Origin: Thecamonas trahens ATCC 50062
Taxonomy: Eukaryota; Protista; Apusomonadida
DNA length: 64,000 bases
Direction: 5' to 3'
Assembly (NCBI RefSeq): GCF_000142905.1
Contig: NW_013657652.1
Span: 325,114-389,113 of the forward strand
Shown piece after piece: positions 33,276 to 45,403 of the stretch. The notes beneath the pieces are model-generated. The model did no database searches. It was not told where the DNA came from and saw only the letters and a list, made by a program, of their open reading frames with translations. Position 1 is the first letter of the stretch. Each line of letters starts with the position of its first letter. A program made the translations under genes and the position numbers.

Positions 33276-34661
33276 ATGGCCGACTTTACACAAACACTGC
33301 CCGACGAACTCTGCGTCCACATTCTCTCCCATCTCGACGTGGCCTCGCTGGCGGCGGCGGCACAGACGTGCACCAACTGGAACCGCCTGGCAGCGGACAA
33401 TAGCCCGTGGCGAGCGGCCACACATCGCGAGTTTCCGGGCGATCCGCTGGTTCCTGCGCTTGCGCCGCTGACAGCGGCGGTCGGATGGCGACACACCTAC
33501 CGCGAAGTTGCCCGCATCCGCGCCAACTGGTCGGCCGGCCGCTGCGCGCTGCGGTTCCTCACGGGCCACACCGGCGGGGTGTGGGGCCTGGATCGCCTCA
33601 CCGACTCGGGCCTCCTGGTCTCTGTCGGCTTTGACAACGTCGTCCGCCGGTGGGATCTGCGTGCCATGGCCGAGGTTGACGTCCTCCGCCGCCTCTCGGC
33701 CGGCCCGAATAACTTTCGTGCCGTCGGCGGCGATCTGGTTGTCGGCATCCACGACGGCGCCATCAACATCTGGGATCTGCCGTCTCGCTCGCTGCTGGCT
33801 TGCCTCCGCACGCCGTACACTAATTTGACAGCGATGCGGGCATGGCGGGCCAGCTCCGGCCTTCGCATTGCGCTCGGCACCTCGTCCGGCGATGTCCGCA
33901 TCCTCCATGTTCCACTTGTCCACGGCACACCCGTGCTCGACGAGGCCGGCACCGCAAACTATGAGCTCGAGCTAGACGAGACGCCACACGAGGACGCGGT
34001 CCGCTCGCTCGCCGTCGCCGACGACGGATCGGCCATTGTGTCAGCCGGCAAGGACATTGCCATGTTCTCAGTCTCACCGCCGCGGCTCGTCCAGGCTTTT
34101 CCCGGCCATACTCCTCTCTCAGTTTCTGCCGTCACCTTTGACGCTACCACAGTTGTCTCTGGCTCGGGCGATCGGACGGTGCGGGTTTGGGACGTGGCGA
34201 GCGGGCTCGAGCTGGCTGTTCTTGAGGGCCATACTCGGACTGTGTCAGCTGTTGCCATGGCCGGGTCGCTCATCGCCTCTGGCTCCTCCGACGGCACCGT
34301 CCGGGTCTGGTCACGGCTCGACGGCACGCTCCTGCACACCCTCACGCTTCCGGATCCAGCAACCAACTCTGGTCTCGGCAACCCGCTCTCGCTGGCGTTT
34401 GACCCGACGTCGATCGTGGTCGGACTCCGGACCGGCTCGATTGCCGTCATTGACTTTGCCGCCGCCCACGACCTCGGCTCGCTCCCGACTCCCTCGGCCA
34501 GGGCATCGGCCGTCGGCCGGCGCGACGAGTCGGCCGCGACCGATGCGCCGGCTATTGCTTGGGCAATGGCTCCGATCAAGGTCCCGACATGGCTCTTTAG
34601 CCTCCTTCTTCTTGCTGCACTTTACGCTCTGCTCAGTGTTTGCGCGACTTTCGCCGGGTGA
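33276..34661 (+). CDS. F-box/WD40 protein with C-terminal hydrophobic helix
   Basis: LPDELCVHILSHLDVASLAAAAQTCTNWNRLA (F-box); GH..WD repeats such as VSGSGDRTVRVWD and ASGSSDGTVRVW. Confidence 0.92.
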   Translation: MADFTQTLPDELCVHILSHLDVASLAAAAQTCTNWNRLAADNSPWRAATHREFPGDPLVPALAPLTAAVGWRHTYREVARIRANWSAGRCALRFLTGHTGGVWGLDRLTDSGLLVSVGFDNVVRRWDLRAMAEVDVLRRLSAGPNNFRAVGGDLVVGIHDGAINIWDLPSRSLLACLRTPYTNLTAMRAWRASSGLRIALGTSSGDVRILHVPLVHGTPVLDEAGTANYELELDETPHEDAVRSLAVADDGSAIVSAGKDIAMFSVSPPRLVQAFPGHTPLSVSAVTFDATTVVSGSGDRTVRVWDVASGLELAVLEGHTRTVSAVAMAGSLIASGSSDGTVRVWSRLDGTLLHTLTLPDPATNSGLGNPLSLAFDPTSIVVGLRTGSIAVIDFAAAHDLGSLPTPSARASAVGRRDESAATDAPAIAWAMAPIKVPTWLFSLLLLAALYALLSVCATFAG

Positions 34662-37600
34662 GACCCCGGGACGAGCCCATTAGCGGCGAACTCGGTCCGC
34701 GCCGCTTTCGCCCAGCCGCGGCAGTGGCCGGGCGGGCCGCCGGACGACCGGCCGGTGAGCCAAACGGCGAGATCGAGCGCGGCCGCGAGACGGCTTCAAG
34801 CACGTCGGCAACGGACGGGCTCCGCGCTGGCTGGGCGGAAGCGGAGCCGGGCCGGGCCGAGCCCTGTCGGGTGCGACTCTGCGACGGCGAGGAGCCGGCG
34901 GCAAAGGCGAGGACCCGCTCACGGGCCTGGTCGTTGCGGGCCTGATCGCCCTGGGCCGGACTTGCGCGAGGCCCACTGGCGCGACTCGAGCTGGAACCAC
35001 CGGCTGTCGTCGAGCCGGCAGGAGGAACGCCCGCGGCAGCACGAAGCGCACGCAGCTGCTTGACCAGATGCTTGTTCTCGCGGCGGAGGTCGTTGATCTC
35101 AACAATGAGAAAGTGATTTTCTTTGGCGCGGCGCGAGACCTCGCTGGTCTTGAGCGAGATGGTTGACTGCTGCTGCGAGCGCAGGCGCTCGATGGTCTGC
35201 TCCATGAACAGCCGCTGGCGGCCAAACTCCTCGAGGCGCGAGTCCTCGCCGGTAAAGTCGAGCGAGTCACGGGCCTCTTTGGAGACGTACGCCTCATACA
35301 TGTGGCGAATGCCCTCGCGCCACTGCGATTGGTCGGCTTTGGTGTAGAGCTGGTGCAAGTCCTTCTCCATCGCCTCTTGGACTCGGATGCGGGCCTTGAG
35401 GGCCCGGTGCATGTTTGCGGCGTCGCGTTGGACGATGGCCATCTTCTTGTCCTTCTCCTTGATGATGAGCGAGAGGTTGTCGACCTCTTTGACATTCCGC
35501 TGCAGCTCTTCGTCCATCGAGTTGAGCCGCTGCGCCATTTCGACGAGCGCCTGCTCCTTGGGCTCGAGCTGCTTGGTTAGCTCCTTGTTCTTAAAGTCGA
35601 GGACAAACTTGTACTTTTCGAGGTCCTGGTTGAGCTTCTTGGTCTCCAGGATGCGCATCTCCTTGTCGGCAATGATCTCGTCACGCTCGTGGACTGAGAC
35701 CCGAAGGAGCGAGAGACGGCGCTCGAGCTCGGTAATTTCGCCGCGGAGCGTGTCAGCCCGCGTGTGGAGTCGTGCGTTCTCGGCCGCGAGCGCGTCGCGC
35801 TCCTTGACGGCGTCGGTGTACTGCATCTTGAGCAAGGCGCGGTCATCAGTGAGCTGGACCGTCTTCTCAGATGCAGCCGTCTTGATCACCTCCTGCACCT
35901 TCTTCATCTCCATGACTTCGTCGTCGTGGTCCTCGGCGACCTGCCGCAAAATCTCGGCGTGCTCGAGGTCGTTGAGCTCGAGCTCCTCGACGAGCTTGTC
36001 AAACGCCGCGAGCTGCGTGGCCAGATTGGCCTCGTAGTCCTGTCGCATGCGGACCAGCACGGCCTTGTGCTCCTCCTCCAAGTGCAGACTCTTGTCCTCG
36101 GCATCAGTGAGGGCCTCGTCGTACTCTTCGCGCACACGTGCCAACAGCTCTTTCTGTCGGGCCATTTCGCGCCCGTGCTTCTCCACCAGCGCCCGCAGCT
36201 CGCGGCCGTGTTCTTCCTCTTGCTTGCGCTTCTCGGCGTTGAACTGGCGGACTCGCGACTCGTGGATGGCCTGCAGCTCGGCATACATCTCACGCTGGTC
36301 GAGCTCGCGCTTGCGCTCCTCCTGCAGCATGTTCGCGAGGTGCTGTTCGGCTTTGCGCGCCTCGGCCTGCAGCTGATACTCTGCAGCATTCGCCGAGTCG
36401 GCAAGCCGCTTCTCGAGTGTGAAAACAGAGTTAAGAAGCTCTTGAAAGGCATTCGTCGTTGTGAGGAGAAGGTCGGAGAACCGCTCCGGCACAGGCAGCC
36501 GCCGTGGCCGGACCTTGCCGTCCACAACTGGACGGATGGCCGAGAGGAAGATGCAGCCTGTGGCGCCGACCGAGATGAGCAGGTTATTGTCGGGGCTCAC
36601 CACAAGCTTGTTCACGCCTCCGCTGTGAAGTTGCATGCTCACAGGATCCATCATCGAGTACGGTGCGTCAAATATACGGATCTTGCCGTCGCTCGACGCT
36701 CCAAACACCAGATGAGCAGTGAGTGACTCCTTAACCACCTCGCCCACAGCTGTCAGCGGCGTATCCAGTCGCTGGCCATGGAGCGCCAGCTCGGTGCTTG
36801 ACCCATCGTGGACGACGTCGGCGTCGTCGCCGCGGGCAAGCTCATCCTGAAGCAAGGCCACCCCTCCACCTTCAAGCCGGGTCGTTCGCTCGTAGGTAAA
36901 GACTGAGGTAGCAAGTGAGGTCATGCCAAAGTGGCCCGGCCGGTGCTCGGAGACCACCCGCTGAGCGTCGCAGAGGCGGACAATGCGGTCGTTGCCGGTG
37001 ACTACGACCTGTGTGGCGGCGATCGAGTTGCCAGCGCCCCATGTGCCATGCACCGCTAGGTCGGCGTCGGCGTCAGCGTCGGCCTCGCGGCGTGGGACGG
37101 TGCGCAGGGCCACAATGTCATGAAAGGCAACGTCCTTGAAAACCAGCGACGAGGCGACGCTTGCGCGGGTCATGGTCACCAGGTCCCAGTAGTAGATAGC
37201 GCCATCGCCGGCGGCAGATGCGAGCATCATGTCGTTGGCCAGAAAAGCCAGATTGGCCACCGGCCGGACATGACCATCAAGCTTGCCGACAAGGCTGAGC
37301 GTTGTCGACGAGAAGAGGAGGATGGTGGCACCTGAGGCAGCGGCAAAATACGCGCCATTGGTAGAAAAGCGGAGGACCTTGGCAAACTTGACCTTGAACA
37401 CGTGATCAACCCGAAAGCCCGAGGCAAGGACCGCGAGCATGGAGACGCCCTCGGAAAAAGCAACGAGGACGTGAAGGCCAAGAGGGTGAAAGGCCACAGC
37501 AAGCGGCTCGTCGCGGAACCGGATCGAGTTGGTGCACTGCATGTCGATGTAGTGCCAGACTCGGAGGGTGCGGTCGGCGCCTGCCGTAACCAGAAGCGGC

Positions 37601-38847
37601 TTGCGAATGGCGCAGTCGACGTCAAGGATGGCCCCCGAGTGAAAGCCCGAGGCGAGGAGTGCAAACGACGAGTCTTCCTCCTCGGGACTCATCTCGGGCG
37701 ACGAGAGGTCGAGGCCCGACATGGCGATGCAGAGCACTTGCGATGACGAGAGGACAACCGCCACCTCGGATCCTGTCGGCGAGACCGCCATCCACAGCGG
37801 CACGTCGTCATAGCGCGATGAGTCGAGCGAGCACACAAGCGACTTGCGAAGCTCGAGCTCGCCTGTCTCAAGGTTCTCCTCGTACAACTTGAACGCCTTG
37901 GTCGTTGACGCAACAAGTACGCCGTTGCGGTACGGGACAACGGTTGAGATACCGGTGGGAAAGACGTCCGGTAGGAGGCGAGTCGCTTCACCGGCCTCGT
38001 ACACTACCAACTCGCCGCGATCGTTGGCAACGCAGAACGCGTCGCCGTGGAACCACGCCGCATCGGTGTTGACCGCGCCTGGCGAGGCCTGTAGCGATGG
38101 CGTAACAACCGGGAGCAGCGAGTGCAGCTCGTCGTGAGCCAGCCGCCACAATCGCAAATACTGCCCGCCGACCACCAGCACCGTGTTGGTGTCAAACGGC
38201 GAGAACGCAACCCTGAGCACCGAAGTGTGCAGGTTGATCGAGGCGATGACCTTGGACTTTTCCACAGAAAGTACACCAGCTTGGACTCGGGCTCGGCACC
38301 AACCGCCACCAAGTAGCGCGAGTCGGAGGAGAACGCAAGCGTAGTGATGGCGTCCACATCAGGAACGCGGAGAACTCGCTCACGGCGGTTGGTCGACAAG
38401 TTGTACACCGAGATCTGCGCCCGCCCACCGGCGTCCAGCTCTGCCGCCGCCAGATGCTTACGATCCGGGGCAAGAGCAAGACATCCCATCGTGCGGACGG
38501 CGTGATCGGTGGCCACAAACTCAACCGCAGCCCGATCGGCGACCACAACCCGCCGCCCGGCTGGGTATACCATCTTGTGCTCGTCAGCATACGCCAGGCA
38601 TTGCCGCACTGCCGAGTTGATTCCGAATACATGGCTGTGTGGAGGGGGAGGAGGCGAGTACGCATCCGGAGGCGATGGATGAGAACCGATGGTGAGTTGC
38701 GCGTGGATGGGTTGGTGGATGAGGGCGGGAGGGGGAGGGGAGGGGGCGAGAGAGCATGGCCTTTCTCGGCCCAACGTACTACGGCTCCAGCTTGGCCAAC
38801 ACCGGCTCTGGCATGCCAACCACCCGCGCCCGTCGCTCTGCAGCCAT
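34633..38847 (-). CDS. CFAP57: Cilia- and flagella-associated protein 57 (WDR65/FAP57); intron 38635-38779, frame break near 38262
   Basis: HVFGINSAV..YADEHKMVYPAG, FHSGAILDVDCAIRKPLLVTAGADRTLRVW, VAFHPLGLHVLVAF, KKLNQDLEKYKFVLDFKNKELTKQLEP, ENHFLIVEINDLRRE. Confidence 0.92.
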
Positions 38848-39116
38848 GACTGGCGAGTGCAGTTGGGGTGGGGAGGGGTGGGTGAGGAAGGTGGGGAGGG
38901 TGGGGTGTGGCTGTGTCTGCTGTCGGCTGGTCGTTGGGTGGGCACGGGCGTTGGAGGCCGGCAGTTGGCGCCGCTTTGGCTGCTCCGCTCTGTGAGGAAA
39001 GGCAACCACACCCCACCCCCACACTCCACCCCCACACCCACCCGTATCCACTCGGAGAGCAAAACACACAAACCCTCTCTCTCTCTTTCTCTCTCTCTCT
39101 TTCTCGCACTGGTGCC

Positions 39117-42100
39117 ATGGCTGATGTATGGGTCGGACCACCTCCGGCCGGAGGGAAGCGCGGCGCAGGCGGGGCAAGAGCGGGCCGCCGACGCAACGGG
39201 GTCGGGCGGACAAAGGGCGCAACTGCTGCGCAACGATCGAAGAGTGGTCGTGGTGGAGCGAGAGCTGGAGTTGAGACCAAGCCTCGGACTGACCCTGCCG
39301 CCGACGGCATCGACGACTCTGACGCTGGCAACGCCGTCGCAGATGATGCCGCTGCAGATGACGTCGCTGCAGCAGCGGCGGCTGCGGCGCTCGGCAATGA
39401 CCAGGCTCAAGATGCCGTGCGGAACGCTGCCAATGGTGGCAGTGAGGGCGAGGGCGAGGGTGTGAGTGATGATGGGGGCTCGTTCAACAGTTTCCAAACC
39501 GGTGACGATGAGGCTGTGAGCGACGTGGCCGAGTTCGGCGAGGCCGAGGCGCGGACGCGGCTCGCGTTTGCGATTGGGCCCGAGGCGATGCGGGCCGACT
39601 CTGAGGAAGTGGCCAATCGATCGATGGCAGCCATCAACCTCAACTCGTTCTTGATGGGCTCTGCTGGGCCGTCTGTGGGTGATCTCGATGCGTCGGGTGC
39701 GTCGCTCGCGCTCGACGGCGACGAGGGCCCGCGGGTGGTGGGCGGCAAGTTTCTGTCGTGGAAGCGGTCGTCGGCGCTGGGCGCCGGCGGTGAAGCTGAT
39801 GATATGGTCGGCGTCATGCCTGCAATGGCTGGGCTCTCCAAGCAGACCCGGGTCCAACTGAGCCAGAGCCGCACGTGGCCGGTGGCGTACCGCAAGCACT
39901 CGCGCGAGGAGCAGATTGTCATGGGCTTTGTCGATAACTTTGACCGCCAGTTTGCGCAGCTCTATCCGCTGCGGCCGCGGCTCTTGCTCACGCCGCCGAA
40001 CGAGTGCGAGGTGGAGAAGTTTGTGTGCTCAACATTGCGGCCGTCGCAGACGCCGTACGATGAGCTGTACTCGCTCGAGGGCGTTGCCTCCTTTGTCGCC
40101 GATCACTTTATCTACGAACCGTTGGCCGAGCCAACCAAGCTCCCGCAGCACCTTCCGTCGCCTGCCACGGTGCTCGAGTGGCAAGTTGGTGACTCGTTTG
40201 ACCTTGCCATGGTGCTCACTTCGCTCCTTCTTGGCGTCGGCTACGACGCGTACGTTGTCTACGGCACCGCCGCATACTCGATCACGGTCAACGACACGTT
40301 TTCGGCGACTTGGCCCGGCCTCGGCCCAAAGCCGCCACCGCCTCCGGCGGCTGCTCCACCAACGACGCCCAAGTTTGTGGTCCAGACCCGGCCGCGGCTG
40401 GTGTCCAAGTTTGAAGAGCGAATGGCAGCAAAGCGGGCGGCGGCCGCTGCAGCAGAGGTCGCTCCGCCGACGGTGGGTATGGCAGCCAGTGATGCAGAGT
40501 CGAGCGCTGGAGGCGAGTCTGAGACGCGCAACGGGCTCACATTTGAGGTCGGCTACGCGCAGCCACTGCGGCTGACGGCGTCCGACAAGAGCGATGCGCT
40601 GCGCGGGAAGCGGGTCCACGCATGGGTGCTTGTCAAAGCCGGCGCGCGCGGCGTGGCCCAAGACGTATTCATCGAGCCATCGCGCGGCCTTTTGCTTCCG
40701 CTCTCGACCCGGCTGTACCACTCGATCGAGGCTGTCTTTAACGACACCAACTTTTACGTCAATGTCCAGCCGGTGCCGCCACTTCACAAGGGTCTTCCCT
40801 CTATTCGTGGGCTCTGTTTTGCGCTCGACTCGATGGCGGCGTGGGAGCCGGTGTTTGTGAGCGATGGGCACGAGACCGGTTTTGGGCCTGGCCGGAGCGG
40901 GATGGGTGGCGCAAGCGGCGCGGCGCTAGCGACTCAAGCCACGACAGCAAAGTCGGAGCTGAAGCGGCGAGTGGCGCAAGCTGCTCAGGACCACGTGCTG
41001 GCCAAGGCAGCCGGCATCGATGCGTTTGGTCCATCAGCACCGAGCCTCGACGATGTACACATCGAAGTAAGCGACGACCTGGCGCCGGATGGGACGCCGC
41101 TGCGTGCGCTGACGGCGCCGCCGACGTGGGTCCTGCCGCTGGCGCCAGAACGCAAGCGGTTTGAGGAGCGGTATCCAGGTGGCTACAAGGTGGCGCTCTA
41201 CTCGCGGCTCCGTGTGGAGCAGTACGGGCCGTTCCTGCGGTCGGACGGCATGGTCGAGCGGCTGACGCACTTTGCTGATCGCGACTGCGAGATTGTCTTT
41301 CGGTGGACGAAAAGTTCCATGCGCGGCGCGACAGGATGATGGCGCGCGAGATGCATGTCCACGTCCCAGCTTCCGAGCATGTGACGGCGGCGTCGCTGGA
41401 CTCAGCCGAATCGTTTGTGGAACACTTTGCACCGGGCCGCGAGCACGGCCTACGGACGCTGACGGTGAGTGGCGAGCCGGGCGTGTGTAGCATTGCGCGG
41501 ACGACCGAGCGCAAAGCGCGGCGGATGCGGATCAAGGTGGCTAGGTACAAGATGGAGTTCTACGCCGAAGGCCGCGACTCGCACGATGACCTGGTCACGC
41601 GCGAGGTGGCTGTTGGCTCGGCGATGACGGAGCGATTTGCTGCGGTCTCGTCGTCGGCGGTTCTCGGCGGCGAGCACGTGCTGCGGCGAGAGGCAAAGTT
41701 TGCCAGTAACCGGGTCGAGCTTCTCGCCACCCGCCCGCTCGAGGTACTCCCATCGGACGAGGCGCTGCTGGGCGTTGAGGAGACGCTGTCGCGGCGAGCC
41801 GAGATTGTCGACGCCGACGACGACGTGGCGCGACGGACGTTTGCAGTCGTGGCCGGCGAGATGACCGAGGTCTTTCACCTCATTAGCGGGCACATCTACC
41901 CGTCACGCATTGCGTATCGCAAGCACAAGTTTGCTGACTCGTTGCCGCTCGACAAGGACGAGCTTCCGCCGAAGCCAGCCGATGGTTACTGTGAGCCGGA
42001 GCAGACGTCGGCGCGGCAGGCGGCAGCAGGACTCGGCTCGCACGAGCTGTACATCCGATACGTAGCGATGCTCCGTGCGGAACAAGCGGCGATCAAGGCC

Positions 42101-42772
42101 GTGCTCGGCGCTGCCGTCGAGACCAAGGCCATTCTGGCTGCGCGCGAGAAGGAGCGCGAGCGGACGCTGCTGATGATTTCGGTGTACGACACGCTGCGGC
42201 GGCGGCGGGTCAACCGCGGGGCAGACTCGCTGGCGGCAGCGGCGGCACTGCGGGCGTCGGACGTACCGCCAGAGCTTGCCGACGACCCGTTCAGTGTCTT
42301 CTTCCATGGCAAGCTGCCGACGTCGGCGGCAGAGGCGCACGCGGTCAAGAACGAGGCCCTCGAGTTCCACCGCGACCGGATCATTTCGCAGGTCCTCATC
42401 ATCGAGTCCAAGATGGCCCGCATTCGCCAGTTTCTCAAAGAGAAAGAGGCGACCATCATCCGCAACCAGGACCACACCACGCCCGAGCAGGTCGCGGCCT
42501 TTGCCGACGAAAAGGTTCGCCTCCAGTTCCGCCTCCGGGTCCTCAAGATGCGCAAGGACGGGATCCTCAAGACCTACCGTCGCAAGTTCAAGGTTGTCGC
42601 TCGCCAGCTCTGGGAACACCCGCTCCTCGCGCCGTGGCTCAAGCGCAAGGACGACAGCGATGCGCCCGATGGCGGCGAAGATGCGCCTAGCGAGAGCGGG
42701 GCGTCTGGCACCGGCGGTAGCGGCAACGCCGAGGCAGAGCCTGGCGCTGGCATCGCCAACAGTGGCGTTTAG
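39117..42772 (+). CDS. DRC7: Dynein regulatory complex subunit 7 (CCDC135); frame break near 41299
   Basis: NFDRQFAQLYPLRPRLLLTPPNECEVEKFVCSTLRP, SPATVLEWQVGDSFDLAMVLTSLLLGVGYDAYVVYG, RVHAWVLV, FIEPSRG, YHSIEAVFNDTNFYVN; C-terminal coiled coil. Confidence 0.92.
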
Positions 42773-42811
42773 TGTGTGGACTTGAGGTGATAGGCCGGCA
42801 CAGCATGCGGC

Positions 42812-43441
42812 TCACACTTCCTGCTTGCGGCGACGGCCCTTGTGGCGCCTGCGCGAGCGCTTGCGCGAGCTCTTGTGCGAGCTCTTGCGCGAGCTCTTGC
42901 GCGAGCCCTTGCGCCGTGATGCAGATCGGCGCTGGCGACCCGCTTCGTTGCGGGCCTCGAGGCGGGCGAACGGCTTGTAAAAGTACGAGCGAAAGCAACC
43001 GACGAGAAAGGTGACAATGGCCGCCATGGCGAGGACGGCGACAAAGACAGTGATGACCGAGATGAGGCCCACCTCGTCTTCGTCTAGCTTGCGCGGCTGC
43101 CTGGCAGGGCCGACGGGAGGCGGGTTCTGAACTCCAGTACGGGGCATGCAGGACAAGTAGAGTGAGTGATTGTACCGGATGCATGTGTTGTGGATATGGT
43201 TGTCGTACCGGCTGTGGTGGGGTGGCTGTGGTGGGGTGACTGTGGTGGGGTGGCTGTGGTGGGGTGGCTGTGGTGGGGTGGCGGGGTAGTGGTGCCCACG
43301 ACAACTTGCTCCCACTGCGCCCTCCCCTCCTCCCACACACCCCCTACCCACCCCCTCATCACCCCCATCACCCCCCACCCCCCACCCCCACCCCCTTCCC
43401 TCCTCATTATCCCCATACTCCCCCCGTACCGGTGTAGACAT
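42812..43441 (-). CDS. Small single-pass membrane protein (about 108 aa) with very basic tail; intron 43127-43429
   Basis: ATG TCT ACA CCG|GTACGG...TTCAG|AAC CCG gives MSTPNPPPVG...GLISVITVFVAVLAMAAIVTFLVGCF...RKSSRKSSHKSSRKRSRRRHKGRRRKQEV. Confidence 0.65.
   Translation of the reverse strand: MSTPVRGEYGDNEEGRGWGWGVGGDGGDEGVGRGCVGGGEGAVGASCRGHHYPATPPQPPHHSHPTTVTPPQPPHHSRYDNHIHNTCIRYNHSLYLSCMPRTGVQNPPPVGPARQPRKLDEDEVGLISVITVFVAVLAMAAIVTFLVGCFRSYFYKPFARLEARNEAGRQRRSASRRKGSRKSSRKSSHKSSRKRSRRRHKGRRRKQEV
43210..43279 (+). repeat. Minisatellite, 5 x 14 bp (GGCTGTGGTGGGGT), intronic
   Basis: Five direct copies with one mismatch and no spacers. Confidence 0.95.
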
Positions 43442-43733
43442 GGCCTGCCACTCCCACAACTGCAGAGAAGAATGCCACTCGGCAGCCACCCCCCCCCCCC
43501 CCTCCCCCCTCCCCCCCTTCCCCCCTTCCCCCCCAACCAAACCACCAAACCCCAAACCCTCACCCGGCGGTGGAACAGCGGATGATCCCCGCCGTCAGCC
43601 ACGGCCACACCGCTGACGACAGCACGTAAGCACTGGCTCAACCAATAACACCACCAGCGGCAAGTGGTACCACCTCACTCACTCACTCACCACCACCACA
43701 CCACCACAGCACGCCATCGCTACCACACCACCC

Positions 43734-45300
43734 ATGCCCCACACCACCGTCATCGTCCCGCCGTCGGCCCTCCCGGCCCGCCCGCTCGCGGCTCGCCTCG
43801 TCCTCGCCGCCAGCTACGCCTCGATGGGCGCTGCACTGTGGGTTCTCTGGCTGCCGCGCTGGCTGCCGCCGGCCACGCTCCCGCTCGGCCTTCCGCCCAC
43901 TCCGCGTGATGCAAGCTTCGGCTGGCTTGTCCGCCTCGCTGCTGTGGCTGCTCTCGGCTACTGCCCGGGCGCCCGGCTGGTGGTGGCCAAGCCGCTGCTG
44001 CGGAGCCCGCCCAAGTTTGTTCCGCTCGCCCGCCACGCCGCCCTCGCTGCCGCCCTCGCCGGCCTCGCATTTCTGTTGGGCCCAACCCCGCTGGTCGATC
44101 TCGTCGCCCCGCTCCTCCCGCAGGGCGGGTTCTTGGCCTCGGCCGCGTCGGCCATCACTGCCGCCGCCGACGCCGCCATCTCCTTTGCCGGGCCCATGCT
44201 CGGTGCCGCCTTTGTGCTCGGCGCTGGTGTCTTTGTGGTGCCGGCCCACTTTGAGCGGTCGAACCCGTACGCCACGGCGACCGGCGACAACGGTACGATC
44301 CCTGTGCCATCGCCGCGCCGCGGCGTCCTGGTGGCCAACCTCGGCACGCCTGTGGCGCCGCGGCCGGCAGAAGTCGCCACCTTTTTGCGCGCCTTCCTCT
44401 CGGACACGCGCGTCATCGAAGTTGCGCCGGCTGTCTGGTGGTTTGTGCTCAACTGCATCATTGTCCCCATTCGCAAGTACTCGTCGGCCATGCTCTACTC
44501 GCGCATCTTCTCCGAAGACGGCAAGTCGCCGCTCCTGCTGTACGGCACCGAGCATGCCACGGCGCTGCAGGCCGCGCTCGGCGACAAAGACTTTGACGTC
44601 CAGCTTGGCATGCGCTATGGCGAGCCATCGATCGACCGCGCCATCGCGCACTTTATGGCCGAGGGCGTCTCGGACATTGTCGTCATGACCGCCTACCCGC
44701 AGTACTCGGGCACGACGGTGGCCTCCATCTATGACGCCGTCTACGCCGCCGCCCTTCGCTACCGCCACGTCCCGGCCATCACCGTCATCCCGCCGTACTA
44801 CGACCACCCCGCATACATCTCTGCCATCGCCAGCCGCATGCGTGAGACCCGTGCCGCGCTCCCGGCCGAGCACGCACCGCAGCTTACGCTCTTCTCATTC
44901 CACGGCATTCCGGCCTCGTACGTCCACCGCGGCGATCCGTATCCGGCCCACTGTGAGGCTACCGCCGCCGCCGTCGCCGCCGAGCTCGGCCTCGCGCCTG
45001 ACGCCTGGCATCTCTGCTACCAGTCGCAGTTTGGCTCCGACCCGTGGCTCCAGCCGTACACCGACGAACTGCTCGTCGAGCTGGCCGAGGCCTGGACCGG
45101 TGATGGCCCGCTCAACATCCTCGCCGTCTGCCCGGGCTTCCTCGTTGACTGCCTCGAGACCATCGACGAGATCGGCGAGGTCTCAGCCGAAGTCTTTGCC
45201 GAGGCCGGTGGCGGTAAGCTCACTCTCGTCCCCTGCCTCAACGCCGATCCCACCTGGATCGACGCCTCGGTCGCCATTGTCCGTGACTCGCTTCCTGCCG
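43734..45300 (+). CDS. hemH: Ferrochelatase (HemH type) with about 170-aa hydrophobic N-terminal extension; stop codon not evident
   Basis: GVLVANLGTP, FLSDTRVIE, SPLL, GMRYGEPSI, YPQYSGTT, LFSFHGIP, GDPYPAHC, YQSQFG..PWLQPYT, PGFLVDCLETIDEI, VPCLN. Confidence 0.93.
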
Positions 45301-45347
45301 CCAGCAACTCGGCCAAGCCAGCCGACGACCACAGCTCCACCACGCCA

Positions 45348-45397
45348 ACCACCACCACCACCACCACCACCACCACCACCACCACCACCACCACCAC
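45348..45397 (+). repeat. (ACC)16 microsatellite between ferrochelatase and hydrolase
   Basis: Perfect trinucleotide run reading poly-Thr, poly-Pro or poly-His depending on frame. Confidence 0.98.
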
Positions 45398-45403
45398 TCT
45401 CAC

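Noticed and set aside
38848-39116. RFX X-box in the CFAP57/DRC7 spacer
   Set aside because: Only a half-site (GGCAAC at 39001) is seen; not enough to support a call.
43210-43279. Direct repeats as a possible CRISPR-like array
   Set aside because: Contiguous 14-bp units with no spacers, in a eukaryotic intron; an ordinary minisatellite.
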